Source: an uncultured Gemmatimonadales bacterium
GTDB taxonomy: Bacteria; Gemmatimonadota; Gemmatimonadetes; Gemmatimonadales; GWC2-71-9
DNA length: 64,000 bases
Reading direction: 5' to 3'
NCBI GenBank assembly: GCA_963730185.1
Contig: CAVSQW010000015.1
Location: 704,001-768,000 of the forward strand
Part shown: one piece after another, positions 1 through 10,991 of the stretch
Numbering within the stretch: the first letter of the stretch is position 1
How the letters are laid out: each line of letters opens with the position of its first letter
Made by a program: the position numbers and the translations under genes
Notes under the pieces: model-generated
Told to the model about the DNA's origin: nothing
What the model saw: the letters and a program-made list of their open reading frames with translations, nothing else
The model's database searches: none

Positions 1-244
1 CCAGTTCTTCGAGGCCTACGCCGCGGTGGCCGGCCCGAACGGGCTGGAGCTGCTGGCCGACATTCTGGAGCCCAAGGGCTTCTTCCGCCGGAAGGAGTCG
101 GCCGACACCCGGACCTGCGCCGCCTACGCGGTCGCCCGGATCCATGACGGCGCGGCTCGCGAGGTGCTCGAGCGCGCGGCCCAGGACAAGGAGCTCCCGG
201 TTCGGAACGCCGCCTCGCGGGCGCTCCGGGAGTGGGACGAATGA
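1..244 (+). CDS. HEAT-repeat protein, C-terminal fragment (5' end outside the window)
   Basis: The frame is open from the window start. Helical HEAT-like segments TRTCAAYAVARI and DKELPVRNAASRAL are present, and the stop overlaps the next ATG (ATGA). Confidence 0.7.
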   Translation, partial: QFFEAYAAVAGPNGLELLADILEPKGFFRRKESADTRTCAAYAVARIHDGAAREVLERAAQDKELPVRNAASRALREWDE

Positions 245-1692
245 GCGACGAGCTCCACACCACCGGCGACGAAGGCTTCATCCGGACCGCGGCCCGGAGC
301 CTGCTCGTGGCGTTCCACACCGCGCTCCGGGCGCTCAAGCTCTATCCGGTCGAGAACGCCACGGTCCAGAAGGCGCTGGACGAGCTCCAGAGCGCGTCGG
401 TCGGCTTTCTGGCCTCGCAGCAGGAGATCGAGCTCCGGCTCTCGGGCGACTTCCTCTTCCTGAACGGCGTCCGGCTCCGGCTCGAGCTCGACAACTTCGC
501 CGCCTTCAGCGGCGTGCTCTCCATGCTTCGGGCGTTCGACATCGGTGTGTTCCGGGTGCTCGGGCCGATCGAGCGCCGGGAGTGGCTCGCGTTCCTGAGC
601 CTGATGCTCCGGCTGGCCGATCAGCAGTCGCCGGACGACCGGTTCGTGGCGTTGGTGGAGCAGATGGCCGACGCCAACCTCCCCAGCATCCACATCGAGC
701 CGGCCGCCGAGACCGCCGAGGACATGGGGGGCGAGGAGGAGGCCAAGGAAGTCGCCAAGCGGACCTACGCCCAGGGCGTGGCCGTGACCAAGGAAGTGGT
801 GAACTCGGTCCGGATGGGGCGGACCTCGAGTCTCAAGAAGGTCAAGCGCGCGGTCCAGCTGATCGTCGACCAGGTCCTCAACAACGAGACCTCGATCATC
901 GGCCTCACCACCCTGCGCGACTACGACGAGTACACCTTCATGCACTCGGTCAACGTGTGCATCTTCACGGTGGCGCTGGGTCGGAAGATCGGCTTCTCCA
1001 AGCTCCAGCTCTACGACCTGGGGATGACCGCCTTGCTCCATGACATCGGGAAGGCCCGGGTGCCGATCGACGTCATCAACAAGACCGGCGGCCTGACCGA
1101 CGACGAGTGGCGGGTGGTGCAGGCCCATCCGTGGCGGGGGGCGATGACGCTGTTCAGCCTGCGGGGCTACGACGAGATTCCCTACCGGTCGATTCTGGTG
1201 GCGCACGAGCACCATATGAAGACCGACCTGACCGGGTATCCTCGTCACATCCGGCCCCGGGAGCTCGCGCTCTTTTCCCGGATCGTCGCCGTGGCCGACG
1301 GCTTCGACGCGGCCACCACCCGCCGGAGCTACCAGACCGTGCCGATCGAGCCGGACCAGGTGCTCAAGGAGATGTGGGGCAACCCCAAGCGGGGCTACGA
1401 CCCGGTGATCGTGAAGGCGCTGATCAACCTGATCGGCGTCTACCCGGTGGGCACCTGCGTCATTCTCGACACCCTCGAGGTCGCGATCGTCGCGTCGACG
1501 GTGAGCGACCGGGACATGCTCAACCGTCCCCTGGTCCGGATCGCGATCGACGCCGACGGCTCGGCCCTGCCGCCCCCGGGGGTTCCGGTCGATCTCCAGG
1601 AGCAGGGGGGCGACGGCCACTTCGCCCGCTCGATCGTCAAGGTTACGAGCCCCGACCGCTACGGGCTGGTGGCCGGCGATTTCTTCCTGTGA
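241..1692 (+). CDS. HD-GYP domain protein (putative cyclic dinucleotide phosphodiesterase)
   Basis: Motifs [20 protein letters not shown]...GYP and [15 protein letters not shown] at 241. Confidence 0.88.
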   Translation: MSDELHTTGDEGFIRTAARSLLVAFHTALRALKLYPVENATVQKALDELQSASVGFLASQQEIELRLSGDFLFLNGVRLRLELDNFAAFSGVLSMLRAFDIGVFRVLGPIERREWLAFLSLMLRLADQQSPDDRFVALVEQMADANLPSIHIEPAAETAEDMGGEEEAKEVAKRTYAQGVAVTKEVVNSVRMGRTSSLKKVKRAVQLIVDQVLNNETSIIGLTTLRDYDEYTFMHSVNVCIFTVALGRKIGFSKLQLYDLGMTALLHDIGKARVPIDVINKTGGLTDDEWRVVQAHPWRGAMTLFSLRGYDEIPYRSILVAHEHHMKTDLTGYPRHIRPRELALFSRIVAVADGFDAATTRRSYQTVPIEPDQVLKEMWGNPKRGYDPVIVKALINLIGVYPVGTCVILDTLEVAIVASTVSDRDMLNRPLVRIAIDADGSALPPPGVPVDLQEQGGDGHFARSIVKVTSPDRYGLVAGDFFL

Positions 1693-1705
1693 GCCACCGG
1701 CCGGC

Positions 1706-3793
1706 ATGAGCGACACGACCCCCTTCCGGGAACGGCTGGTTCGCCGCTACGCGCTGGGCCTGCTCGTGCTGGGACCGGCGGTGCTGGTCGCCATCACCGT
1801 GCTCGACCGCCGGTGGATCGCCGACCCGCTGCTGGTGCTGGCCCTGGTGGCCGCCACGACCCTGCTCCGCTCGGCGCCGGTCCGGCTGAGCAAGTTCTCG
1901 TATCTCAACCAGACCGGTCTGGTGGCCCTGGCGGGCGCCCTCACGGCGCCGCCCTCGTCCACCGCGCTCGGGCTCTGGATCGGCGCCGTGGTGGCCGACC
2001 TGTTGGTGCTCCGGAAGACGCCGCTGGCGTCGTTCGTCAACGCTGGCCGCGAGCTGATCGCGTTCGCCGCCGCCTTCGGCGGCTACGCGCTCACGGTCCG
2101 GTTCATCGGGCTCGGGCGGCTGTCGCTCGAGTTCCTCCCCGCGATCGCGGTGCTGGCCGGGGTGTACTTCTTCGTCAGCCGGCTCCTCTTCTACTTCTCG
2201 CTCTACATCCGCGAGAAGCTCACCGGCCCGGACCGGCTCTTCCTGCTTCGGTGGGAGGTCGTGGCCTTCCTGGCGTCGGTGCTGGGCGCCGCAGTCGTGG
2301 TCTGGGCGGTCACCTCGCTGGCGCCGGCCGGCTGGGTGCCGGTGGCCGTCGCGCTGGGGGTGTTGGGGTTCCTGACTCGGACCCTGCTGGAGGAGGCGAT
2401 CGCGGCCGAGGACCTGAACAAGGTCCACATGATGCAGTCCACCATCTCCAGCAACGTCAGCCTCAAGCTCTCCTTCGAGCAGCTGGAGCAGCTGGCCTAC
2501 CGGCTGGTGGACTGGGGCGACCTCCGAATCATGCGCACCGGCTCCGAGGGGATGAGCCTGGCCTATCGGGCGATCAACGGCCGCCCCGGCCGGCGGGCCC
2601 CCGATCCCGGCCTGGAGCGGCTCCGCGGCCAGGTGGTGGCGTCAGGCGAGACCCTGGTGGTTGGTGACACCCACCGGCAGGCCGGGCTCCAGCGCGATCC
2701 GAACGTTCGGACGGTGGTGCTCTATCCGCTCCGCTTCGCCGAGCAGCCCTTGGGCACCCTCGAGCTGGAGCATCACAAGCGCTACCACTACCGGGCCCGC
2801 GACCTCTCGGCCATCAGCGCCATCGCCGGCCAGATCAGCACCGCCATCCACATCGCCGAGCTTCGCCGGCCGCTGTTCGACACGGTGCGCCAGATCGGGT
2901 CGCAGAGCCAGGCCCTGGCCCGGGCGGCCAACTCGCTTCGGGGGAGCGCCAACGCTCTGGCCGCGGCGTCGGACAACATGCGGCGCGAGGCCGCGATGCA
3001 GGAGACCTTCGCCCGGACCGGCCTCGAAGCCACGACCCAGCTGACCGGTCGGGCGGAGCGCGCGGCGGCGGCCGGGGCCCGGGCGGCCCGGGTGAGCCAG
3101 CGCGCGGCGCAGGACGCGTCCAAGCACCGGCAGGGCATCGGCGAGGCCATCGAGCGGCTGCTCCAGGTTCGCGGCTTCGTGTCCGAGAGCTCGCGCCAGG
3201 TGACGGCGTTGGGCGCCACGACCACCCGGATCCGCGGCTTCCTCGAGTCGATCCAGGACATCGCCGAGCTGACCAACCTGATCGCCCTCAACGCCTCGAT
3301 CGAGGCGACCCGTGCCGGCGACGCCGGCCGCGGCTTCGCGGTGGTGGCCCAGGAGATTCAGCAGCTGGCGATCCAGAGCGCCTCGGCCAGTGAGGAAGCT
3401 GGCCGTCTGGCGGGGGCCATCACGGCCGAGGTGACGGCCATCGTCCAAGCCATGGGGCGGGGCGAGGCTCTGGTGGGCGGCGTCGGGCAGATGAGCTCCG
3501 CCGCGGCCTCGGCCCTCGACGCGATCGTGCAGGCCACCGATGAAGCCGGGAGCCACGCCCGCACCATCGCCGAGTCGGAAGCCGCGCAGGAGGCCGGGAG
3601 CCGGCGGCTGGCGGACCAGATCCGCCAGATCGCCGAGGCCAGCGTCCGGATGCGGGGCGACACGGAATCGCTCGCCAGCCAGGCGGCGGAGGCGAGCAAG
3701 GGTCAGGCCGAGCTCGAAGCCGCGATCGTGGAGCTCCAGCGGGTGGCCGGTGATCTCCAGACCCTGGCCCGCCACTTCGCGGTCGAGACCTGA
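1706..3793 (+). CDS. Methyl-accepting chemotaxis protein with multi-TM N-terminus and GAF-like domain
   Basis: MCP hairpin [33 protein letters not shown]. About 7-8 hydrophobic segments at the N-terminus, then a GAF-like region ([14 protein letters not shown]). Confidence 0.88.
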   Translation: MSDTTPFRERLVRRYALGLLVLGPAVLVAITVLDRRWIADPLLVLALVAATTLLRSAPVRLSKFSYLNQTGLVALAGALTAPPSSTALGLWIGAVVADLLVLRKTPLASFVNAGRELIAFAAAFGGYALTVRFIGLGRLSLEFLPAIAVLAGVYFFVSRLLFYFSLYIREKLTGPDRLFLLRWEVVAFLASVLGAAVVVWAVTSLAPAGWVPVAVALGVLGFLTRTLLEEAIAAEDLNKVHMMQSTISSNVSLKLSFEQLEQLAYRLVDWGDLRIMRTGSEGMSLAYRAINGRPGRRAPDPGLERLRGQVVASGETLVVGDTHRQAGLQRDPNVRTVVLYPLRFAEQPLGTLELEHHKRYHYRARDLSAISAIAGQISTAIHIAELRRPLFDTVRQIGSQSQALARAANSLRGSANALAAASDNMRREAAMQETFARTGLEATTQLTGRAERAAAAGARAARVSQRAAQDASKHRQGIGEAIERLLQVRGFVSESSRQVTALGATTTRIRGFLESIQDIAELTNLIALNASIEATRAGDAGRGFAVVAQEIQQLAIQSASASEEAGRLAGAITAEVTAIVQAMGRGEALVGGVGQMSSAAASALDAIVQATDEAGSHARTIAESEAAQEAGSRRLADQIRQIAEASVRMRGDTESLASQAAEASKGQAELEAAIVELQRVAGDLQTLARHFAVET

Positions 3794-3799
3794 GCCCCG

Positions 3800-4375
3800 A
3801 TGAGCGTCCTGATGGAGCGCCATCCCAGGCTGCCCTCGTGGGCGGTGGTCTCGGAGAAGCGACTGGGGCACATAACCCGGGTGGCCGAACTGGCCGGCCG
3901 CTGGGCCGACCGGATGGGGGTGACGCCGGCCGAGCGGACACGGTGGCTTACCGCCGTCTGGCTCCACGACGCGCTCCGGGACGCGCCCGAGGCCGAGCTC
4001 CGCCGCTGGGCCCCGAGCGCCGTCGGCCCCGCCGAGCTGCTCCACGGCCCCGCGGCCGCCGGCCGGGCCAAGGCCGACGGCCTCGACGACCGCGGCGTGC
4101 TCGACGCCGTCCGCTACCATTCCGTCGGGCTGCCCGAATGGGACCGGGCGGGCCGGATGCTCTACTGCGCCGACTTCCTGGAGCCGGGCCGGAGGTTCGA
4201 TGCCGAGGCCCGGGCCGAGCTCGCCGCGCGACTTCCCGACGACCCGGACGGCGTCCTCCTCGAGGTGGCCCGTCGCCGGATGGTTCACGCCGTCCGCTCC
4301 GGGTGGGTCATCCCGGAGCCTTCGTGCCGCTTTTGGAACAGCCTCGCTTCGCTCCGCCCCGACGCCGGCCGTTAG
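3800..4375 (+). CDS. yqeK: HD-domain hydrolase, YqeK-like (Ap4A hydrolase family)
   Basis: Motifs RLGHITRV, WLHD, LLHG, VRYHSVG and ADFLEPGR match the YqeK pattern. Confidence 0.75.
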   Translation: MSVLMERHPRLPSWAVVSEKRLGHITRVAELAGRWADRMGVTPAERTRWLTAVWLHDALRDAPEAELRRWAPSAVGPAELLHGPAAAGRAKADGLDDRGVLDAVRYHSVGLPEWDRAGRMLYCADFLEPGRRFDAEARAELAARLPDDPDGVLLEVARRRMVHAVRSGWVIPEPSCRFWNSLASLRPDAGR

Positions 4376-4745
4376 GCGCCCTCCTCCTCGCCGCCCTGCT
4401 CCTGGCGTGCCACGGTGGCCCCCAGCCCCCGGCGCCGACGAGCGGGTGGGCCAGCGGGTGGTGGTGGAGGTCCTGAATGCGAGCGGCCAGAGCGGGCTCG
4501 CCCGGCAGGTGACCCGGCTCCTTCGGGAGCGGGGCCTCGACGTCATCTACTTCGGCAACGCCTCCGTGAAGGAGGACTCCACCTTGGTGCTGGTCCGGCG
4601 GGGCGACGCCAGTCAGGGTAGCCAGGTCGCCCGGGCCCTCGGCAGCGGCCTGGTCCGAGCCCGGCCCGACACCGTGCCCCGGGTCGACGTGACCGTCCTG
4701 CTGGGACTGGACTACCGGTTGCCGCCGGGGGCCCCGCCGCTCTAG
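4333..4745 (+). CDS. LytR C-terminal domain lipoprotein, apparent frameshift near 4420-4430
   Basis: The signal/lipobox LGALLLAALLLAC lies in one frame (TTG at 4333). The LytR_C motifs VEVLNASGQSGLA...DVTVLLGLDY lie in another, with C runs at the junction. Confidence 0.7.
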
Positions 4746-6072
4746 GCGGGTCGGGCCAGCCCGATCACCAGGTCCATGACGTTGGTGCCGGTGGCGCCGG
4801 TGTGGAGCAACGCCCCGGCCTCGGCCAGAGCGGGGTAGGCGTCGTGCCGCCGCAGGGCGGCCTCGGCGCCCGCGGCTCCGATCCGACCCCAGGTCTCGGG
4901 GTCGACGATCGCGCCGGCGGCGTCGGTCGGCCCGTCCCGGCCGTCGGTGCCCGCGGCGAGCAGCACCAGTGGCTCGGCTCGACCCGCCAGCACCCGGGCG
5001 GCGGCCAGGGCGAGCTCCTGGCTCCGGCCGCCCACGCCGTGGTCCCCGGCCATGGTGACGGTCGTCTCGCCGCCCCGGATCATCGCGACCGGGTGGTGTA
5101 CCGGGAGCCGGGCGAGGAGGTCGGCGGCGAGTCGGCCGCCGACCTCGGAGGCCTCGCCCCGGAGCACGGCATCGTCCAGGAACGGGCGGTAGCCCAACGC
5201 GTACGCCTTGGCGGCGGCCGCCTGCCGAGCGGTTCCGTTGCCTGCCACCACGAGGCTCGACCGCCGGGCGAAGGCGGGGTCGCCGGGTTTGGGGGTGTCG
5301 AGCGCGTTGCTGCGGAGGGCCCGGTCGAGCCGCTCGGCCACCGGGCCGAGCCGCTGGCCACCGGGCCGGGCAGCCCGGCTGCCGGGCCGGGCAGCCCGGC
5401 CAGCCGCCCCAGCATCTCGCCGACCTCGGCCGCCGTGCTCGGATCCGGCTCGCAGGGGCCCGAGCCGATGTCCGCGGGGGCGTCGCCCGGGACATCCGAC
5501 AGGCAGAGCACCCGGACGGCCGCGGCCGGTAGCGCCGCCATCAGCCGGCCGGCGCCCCAGCGGGCGAAACGCTTGCGGACCAGGTTGAGTCGATCGATCG
5601 GCAGCCCCGCGCGACCGAGCGCCCGGTGCAGGGTCAGGAAGTCGTCGGCCGAGATGCTCGAGACCGGTGCCGCGATCAGGCTCGAGGTGCCGCCGGAGAC
5701 GAGCACCCAGACCTCGTCGTCGGCCCCGATTCCGGCGACGAATCGGCCCAGCGCGTCCGCGGCGGCCAACGAGGCCGGCCCGGGGATCGGATGGTCGCCG
5801 GCCAGGGCGGTGAATGGCGGCGGCAGGGTCGGCGCCGGTGACGGGGTGACGACCAGCCCGCCCGCCGGAGCGAGTCCGAGCGCCCCCAGACGATCGAGCG
5901 CCGCCCCCGCCATCCCGGCCGCCGCCTTGCCGGTTGCGAGGATCCAGACCCGGCGTCCGGTCGGCAGCACCGTCGCGAGCGCCCGCCCGACGCACCAGCC
6001 GGGATCGACCGACGCGACGGCGGCCGCGAAGATTGCGCGAGCGTCACGACGGAGCGATTCATGAGAGGTCAC
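4742..6072 (-). CDS. Glycerate 2-kinase (MOFRL/TtuD family), interrupted near 5327-5400
   Basis: The N-half (GKAA, DHPIP, VSGGTSSL, SDVPGD..IGSGP) and the C-half (GGETTV, GGRSQE, GTDGRDG, TGTNVMD) are in different frames. Short tandem duplications lie at the junction. Confidence 0.82.
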
Positions 6073-6089
6073 CCGAAAAAGATACGACG

Positions 6090-7068
6090 ATGACCGGAGC
6101 CGAACGACCGCGGGTGCTCCTCCTCCATCCCGATCCCCGACTCGGTGGAGGCGGAGCTCAGCCGCGACTTCGAGGTGGCGCGGCGCCCGGACGATACCGA
6201 TCCCGGCGCGAACGAGCTCGCCCAGGCGGCCGACCGGTTCGACGCCCTGGTTCCGACGGTCACCGACTGGCTCCCACCCTCCGTGTTTGCCCGGCCCGGG
6301 GGCCGGCTCCGGATCGTGGCCAACTTCGGGGTCGGGGTGGAGCGGATCGACCTGGAGGCCGCCCGGCGCCATGGGGTGGTGGTGACCAACACCCCCGGAG
6401 TGCTCACCGACTGTACCGCCGACCTGACCCTGGCCCTGATGCTGATGACCCTTCGCCGACTGGGCGAGGGAGAGCGGATGCTCCGGGCGGGTGGGTGGAC
6501 CGGCTGGCGCCCAACGGGCTTCCTCGGCCGGCGTCTCACCGGTCGAACGCTCGGCATCGTCGGCTTCGGACGGATCGGTCGGGCGGTCGCGCGGCGGGCG
6601 GCCCATGGCTTCGGGATGCGGGTGCTCTATCACTCCCGCACCCCGGCCCCGGCCGAGGTCGAAGCGGCCTCGGGCGCCGAGTGGCACTCGCTCGACTCGC
6701 TCCTGGCCGAGTCGGACGTGGTGTCGCTCCACTGTCCCGCGACCCCCGAGACCGAGGGGATGATCGACGCGGAGCGGCTGGCCCGGATGCGCCCGGGAGC
6801 CTACCTGATCAACACCGCGCGGGGCACGCTGGTGGACGACGACGACCTCGTGGCCGCGCTCCGGTCGGGCCACCTGGCTGGGGCGGGGCTGGACGTGTTC
6901 GCCGACGAGCCGCACGTGTCGCCGGAGCTCCTGGCGCTGGAGAGCGTGGTGCTGTTGCCGCACCTCGGGAGCGCCACGGTGGAGACCCGGACCGCCATGG
7001 GGGAGCGGGTCCTGGCCAACCTCCGGGCCTTCTTCCGGGGCGAGCCGCCGCCCGATCGGGTGGCCTGA
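6090..7068 (+). CDS. D-glycerate dehydrogenase / glyoxylate-hydroxypyruvate reductase family, apparent +1 frameshift near 6130
   Basis: Motifs GIVGFGRIG, LINTARG, GLDVFADEP and LPHLGSAT. The N-terminus MTGAERPRVLLLHP is one base out of frame with IPDSVEAEL. Confidence 0.85.
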
Positions 7069-7117
7069 TGAACCCAGCCGGTCGGCCAACGACCAGCTCC
7101 GTCGGGAGCCCGGCCGC

Positions 7118-8182
7118 CTAACGGGCGGCGGCCCGGGGGCGATTCGCGTCGCTCTGGACGAAGAGCTGGCCGCAGGCCGCGCTGATGTCGAGGCCGCGGC
7201 TCCGGCGGACCACCGCCTCGATCCCGGCGCGGACCAGCCGGTCGGCGAAGGCCCGGATCCGATCCGAGGGGCTCGGCTCGAGGCCGTCCGCGCCACCCGG
7301 GTGGAGCGGCAGGAGGTTCACGTGAGCGCCGAGCGGGCGGGCCAGGGTGGCCAGCCGGTCGGCATCGGCGTCGCTGTCGTTCCGCCCGGCGATCATCACG
7401 TACTCGAGGGTGACCCGGCGGCCGAACCCGCGGGCCGCGGCCAGCACGTCGCGGAGCGGGTACTTCTTCTCGATCGGCATGAGACCCAGCCGGGCCTCAG
7501 GGTCGGCCGAGTGGAGCGAGATGGCCAGCCGGAACTGCTCGGGCCGCCGCGCCAGCGCCTCGATCCCGGGCAGGATCCCGACCGTCGAGACGGTGATGTG
7601 CCGGGCCCCGATCCCGATGCCGTCCGCCCCATTCAGGATGGTGAGGGCCCGGTCCACCGCGGGCCAGTTGAGCAGGGGCTCGCCCATTCCCATGAAGACG
7701 ACGTTGGTGGGCCGGTGGAGCGGATCGGCGACGATGATCTCCCGAACCTGTCCCACGATCTCCGCCGGACTCAGGTTGCGGCGAAAACCCATCCGTCCGG
7801 TGGCGCAGAACACGCACCCGAGGGCGCATCCGGCTTGCGACGAGATGCAGAGGGTCCGGCGGTTGCCGCTCGGGATCAGGACCGATTCGACGGCTTCGCC
7901 GTCGGCCAGGCGCCAGAGGTACTTCCGGGTGCCGTCGCGGCTCTGCTGGATGGTCTCGGCCTGCAGCCGGAGGAGCGGGAGCTCGCGATCCAACTGGTCC
8001 CGGAGGGAGAGGGGCAGCTCAGTGGCTTCGGCCCAGCTCCCGACCGGATTGATCCAAAGGCGCCGAAAGAGCTGCCCGGCCCGGTAGGGCGGGAGCTCGT
8101 GCTCCCGGGTCCAGTCGGTCAGGCGCTGCAGGGCCCCGGCCGGCGCCAGGTCGAGTAGGGAATCGGGGTCCGAACGCGGCAT
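7118..8182 (-). CDS. rlmN: 23S rRNA m2A2503 / tRNA methyltransferase RlmN
   Basis: Radical SAM motif CISSQAGCALGCVFC, plus MGMGEP, ISLH and the C-terminal DISAACGQL. Confidence 0.95.
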   Translation of the reverse strand: MPRSDPDSLLDLAPAGALQRLTDWTREHELPPYRAGQLFRRLWINPVGSWAEATELPLSLRDQLDRELPLLRLQAETIQQSRDGTRKYLWRLADGEAVESVLIPSGNRRTLCISSQAGCALGCVFCATGRMGFRRNLSPAEIVGQVREIIVADPLHRPTNVVFMGMGEPLLNWPAVDRALTILNGADGIGIGARHITVSTVGILPGIEALARRPEQFRLAISLHSADPEARLGLMPIEKKYPLRDVLAAARGFGRRVTLEYVMIAGRNDSDADADRLATLARPLGAHVNLLPLHPGGADGLEPSPSDRIRAFADRLVRAGIEAVVRRSRGLDISAACGQLFVQSDANRPRAAAR

Positions 8183-8260
8183 GGCGGAAAAGTAGCGAGT
8201 CGTAAAGTCCCGTGCGTCAATTGCTTGGTGCCCCCTCGGGGAATTACGTTTTGCCCGGAT

Positions 8261-10045
8261 ATGACCACGTCCCCGGCCGCGACCAGCATGCGCACTCACC
8301 GGGCGGGCGCCATCACCCGGGCCCAGCTCGATCATTCCGTCCGGGTTGCCGGGTGGGTCCACCGTCGCCGCGACCTGGGCGGGCTGGTCTTCATCGACCT
8401 TCGCGACCGCGACGGGTTGCTCCAGCTGTCGCTGAGCCCCGAGTGGACCCCCGCGGTGGTCATCGAGCGGGCGCAGGCGCTCGGCACCGAGTCGGTGATC
8501 GCGGTCGAGGGCACGGTGGCGCTTCGACCCACGCCTTCGCGCGACGAGTCGATGGCGTCCCGCGAGGTGGAGGTCCACGTCACCGCGCTCGAGCTGCTCG
8601 GACCGGCAACCACGCCCGCCATTCCGGTGGCCCGGAAGGAGGGCGAGGACCTGCCCGCCGAGGAGCTCCGCCTCAGGCACCGGGTGCTCGACCTTCGCCG
8701 CCCCGAGCTCCAGCACAACCTGATGCTCCGCCACCGGCTGGCCCAGCGGGGCCGCCAGGTGTTGTCCGAGCTGGGGTTCCTCGAGATCGAGACCCCGATC
8801 CTCACCAAGCCCACGCCCGAGGGCGCCCGCGACTACCTGGTCCCGTCCCGAGTGCACCCCGGCGAGTTCTACGCCCTGCCGCAGTCACCCCAGATCTACA
8901 AGCAGCTCCTGATGGTGGCGGGTTACGATCGCTACTTCCAGATCGCCCGCTGCTTCCGGGACGAGGACCTCCGGGCCGACCGGCAGCCCGAGTTCACCCA
9001 GATCGACCTCGAGGCCTCGTTCGTGACCGACGAGGACGTGATGGGGTGCGTCGAGGCGGTGCTGGCCGGCCTCTGGGAAGAGGCCGGCCAGCCGGTGAGC
9101 TGTCCCTTCCCGCGCCTCACCTGGCGCGACGCGATGGAGCGATTCGGGATCGACAAGCCGGACCTCCGCTACGGCTACGAGATCCGCGACCTGAGTGCCC
9201 TGGTCGGCGACGACGCGGCGCCGTTCGTGCGCGACGCGCTCGCGGGCGGCGGCCGGATCCGGGGGATCGTGGCGAGCGCGGCCCAGGCCCTGAGCCGGAA
9301 GGACCTCGACGGCCTGGCAGGGATCGCCAAGTCGGCCGGAGCCGGTGGGCTGGTCTGGGCCCGGCGCGGGGCCGAGGGCTGGGAAGGGCAGGGGGTGAAG
9401 GCCGCGGGGAACGGCCTGTTCGAGCAGGTCCCGGCCACTCCCGGCGATCTGCTGGTGGCGGTAGTGGGCCCCGATCGGGTCACTTCGCCGGCGCTGCACG
9501 CGGTCCGGACGGCGCTGATCGGCCGGCTGGCGCCCGCTCCGGCGGTCAAACACGCCTTCGCCTGGGTGGTGGACTTTCCGCTCTTCGAGCCCGATCCGGA
9601 GACCGATCGGCACCTGTTCGTCCACCATCCGTTCACCTCGCCGCACCCGGACGACATCCCGTTCCTGGAGACCGATCCGGACCGCTGCCGCGCCCTCCAT
9701 TACGACGCGGTGTACAACGGGACCGAGCTCGGCAGCGGCTCGATCCGTATCACCGACCGCACGCTCCAGCAGCGGGTCTTCGCGCTTCTTGGGATCGGGC
9801 CGGAGGAGCAGGTGCGGCGGTTCGGCTTCCTGCTCGACGCCCTGACCACCGGCGCCCCGCCGATGGGCGGATTCGCGATCGGGTTCGATCGGGTCGCCAT
9901 GCTGCTCTCGGCCGCCGGCTCGCTTCGCGACGTGATCGCGTTTCCGAAGACCACCGCGGCCCGCGCCCTCTTCGAGGGTGCCCCGGTCCCGGTCACCGAC
10001 GCCGAGCTGGTCGAGCTCCACCTGACCGTCCGCCGCGATGGCTGA
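8261..10045 (+). CDS. aspS: Aspartate--tRNA ligase
   Basis: Motifs RRRDLGGLVFIDLRD, TPEGARDYLVPSR, ALPQSPQ, FRDEDLRADRQPEFTQ and FDR..RDVIAFPK. Confidence 0.97.
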   Translation: MTTSPAATSMRTHRAGAITRAQLDHSVRVAGWVHRRRDLGGLVFIDLRDRDGLLQLSLSPEWTPAVVIERAQALGTESVIAVEGTVALRPTPSRDESMASREVEVHVTALELLGPATTPAIPVARKEGEDLPAEELRLRHRVLDLRRPELQHNLMLRHRLAQRGRQVLSELGFLEIETPILTKPTPEGARDYLVPSRVHPGEFYALPQSPQIYKQLLMVAGYDRYFQIARCFRDEDLRADRQPEFTQIDLEASFVTDEDVMGCVEAVLAGLWEEAGQPVSCPFPRLTWRDAMERFGIDKPDLRYGYEIRDLSALVGDDAAPFVRDALAGGGRIRGIVASAAQALSRKDLDGLAGIAKSAGAGGLVWARRGAEGWEGQGVKAAGNGLFEQVPATPGDLLVAVVGPDRVTSPALHAVRTALIGRLAPAPAVKHAFAWVVDFPLFEPDPETDRHLFVHHPFTSPHPDDIPFLETDPDRCRALHYDAVYNGTELGSGSIRITDRTLQQRVFALLGIGPEEQVRRFGFLLDALTTGAPPMGGFAIGFDRVAMLLSAAGSLRDVIAFPKTTAARALFEGAPVPVTDAELVELHLTVRRDG

Positions 10046-10991
10046 CGACCCGACCCGCCGGTTCTCGGTCGAGGGCGCCGATCCCCTGCTGCTGGCCGGG
10101 GTCAACGACGCCAACCTGATCGAGCTGGAACGGGTGCTCGGCGTCCGGATCGCGCTCCGGGGCGACCTGCTCGCCATCACCGGCGACGCCGAGGCTCTGG
10201 AACGGGCCAATGGGATCGTGCCGGGCCTGATCGATCTGGCCCGGATCGGCGAGCCGGTCACCCCGGACCTGATCGCCCGCCTGGCGGCCGACGGCGCCGG
10301 CCCGCCCGAGGTGGTGGCCGGCACCGACCTCAAGATCCTCCTGCCCGGCCTTCGCCGCGCGATCGTCGCCAAGACGCCGGGTCAGCGGGAGTACCTGGAC
10401 GCGCTGGCTCAGCACGACATCGTGGTCGGGATCGGGCCGGCGGGCACCGGCAAGACCTACCTCGCGGTGGCCAAAGCGATCGAGGCCCTGGCCCGAAAGC
10501 GGGTCCGCCGGATCGTCCTGGCCCGCCCGGCCGTGGAGGCCGGCGAGTCGCTCGGCTTTCTCCCCGGCGATCTCAAGGAGAAGGTCGACCCCTACCTCCG
10601 GCCGCTCTACGACGCGCTGGAGGACATGATGCCGCACGACCGGGTGCAGCGGGCCCTCGAGAGCCGGACCATCGAGATCGCGCCCCTCGCGTACATGCGG
10701 GGCCGGACCCTGGCCGACGCCTTCATCATTCTCGACGAGGCCCAGAACGCCACCGCCGCGCAGATGAAAATGTTCTTGACCCGCTTGGGCGTGAACAGCA
10801 AGGTGGTGGTGACCGGCGACAAGACCCAGATCGACCTGCCCAAGCGCGAAGAGTCGGGGCTGATCCAGATCGAGCGGATCCTGCCCGGGGTCGAGGGCAT
10901 CGCGTTCTGCTATCTGGGCGAGGGCGACGTGGTGCGCCATCGCCTGGTTCGCGATATCATCCGCGCCTATGCGGAGGATCAAAGCGGCTGA
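10038..10991 (+). CDS. phoH: PhoH-family ATPase
   Basis: Motifs GPAGTGKT, RPAVEAGESLGFLPG, LAYMRGRT, DEAQN and GDKTQIDL. Confidence 0.95.
   Translation: MADDPTRRFSVEGADPLLLAGVNDANLIELERVLGVRIALRGDLLAITGDAEALERANGIVPGLIDLARIGEPVTPDLIARLAADGAGPPEVVAGTDLKILLPGLRRAIVAKTPGQREYLDALAQHDIVVGIGPAGTGKTYLAVAKAIEALARKRVRRIVLARPAVEAGESLGFLPGDLKEKVDPYLRPLYDALEDMMPHDRVQRALESRTIEIAPLAYMRGRTLADAFIILDEAQNATAAQMKMFLTRLGVNSKVVVTGDKTQIDLPKREESGLIQIERILPGVEGIAFCYLGEGDVVRHRLVRDIIRAYAEDQSG

Noticed and set aside
4742..7068. Serine-cycle methylotrophy inferred from glycerate kinase + reductase + XoxF-like enzyme
   Set aside because: Both enzymes are widespread in non-methylotrophs and lie about 38 kb from the dehydrogenase. 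No other C1 genes are in the window.
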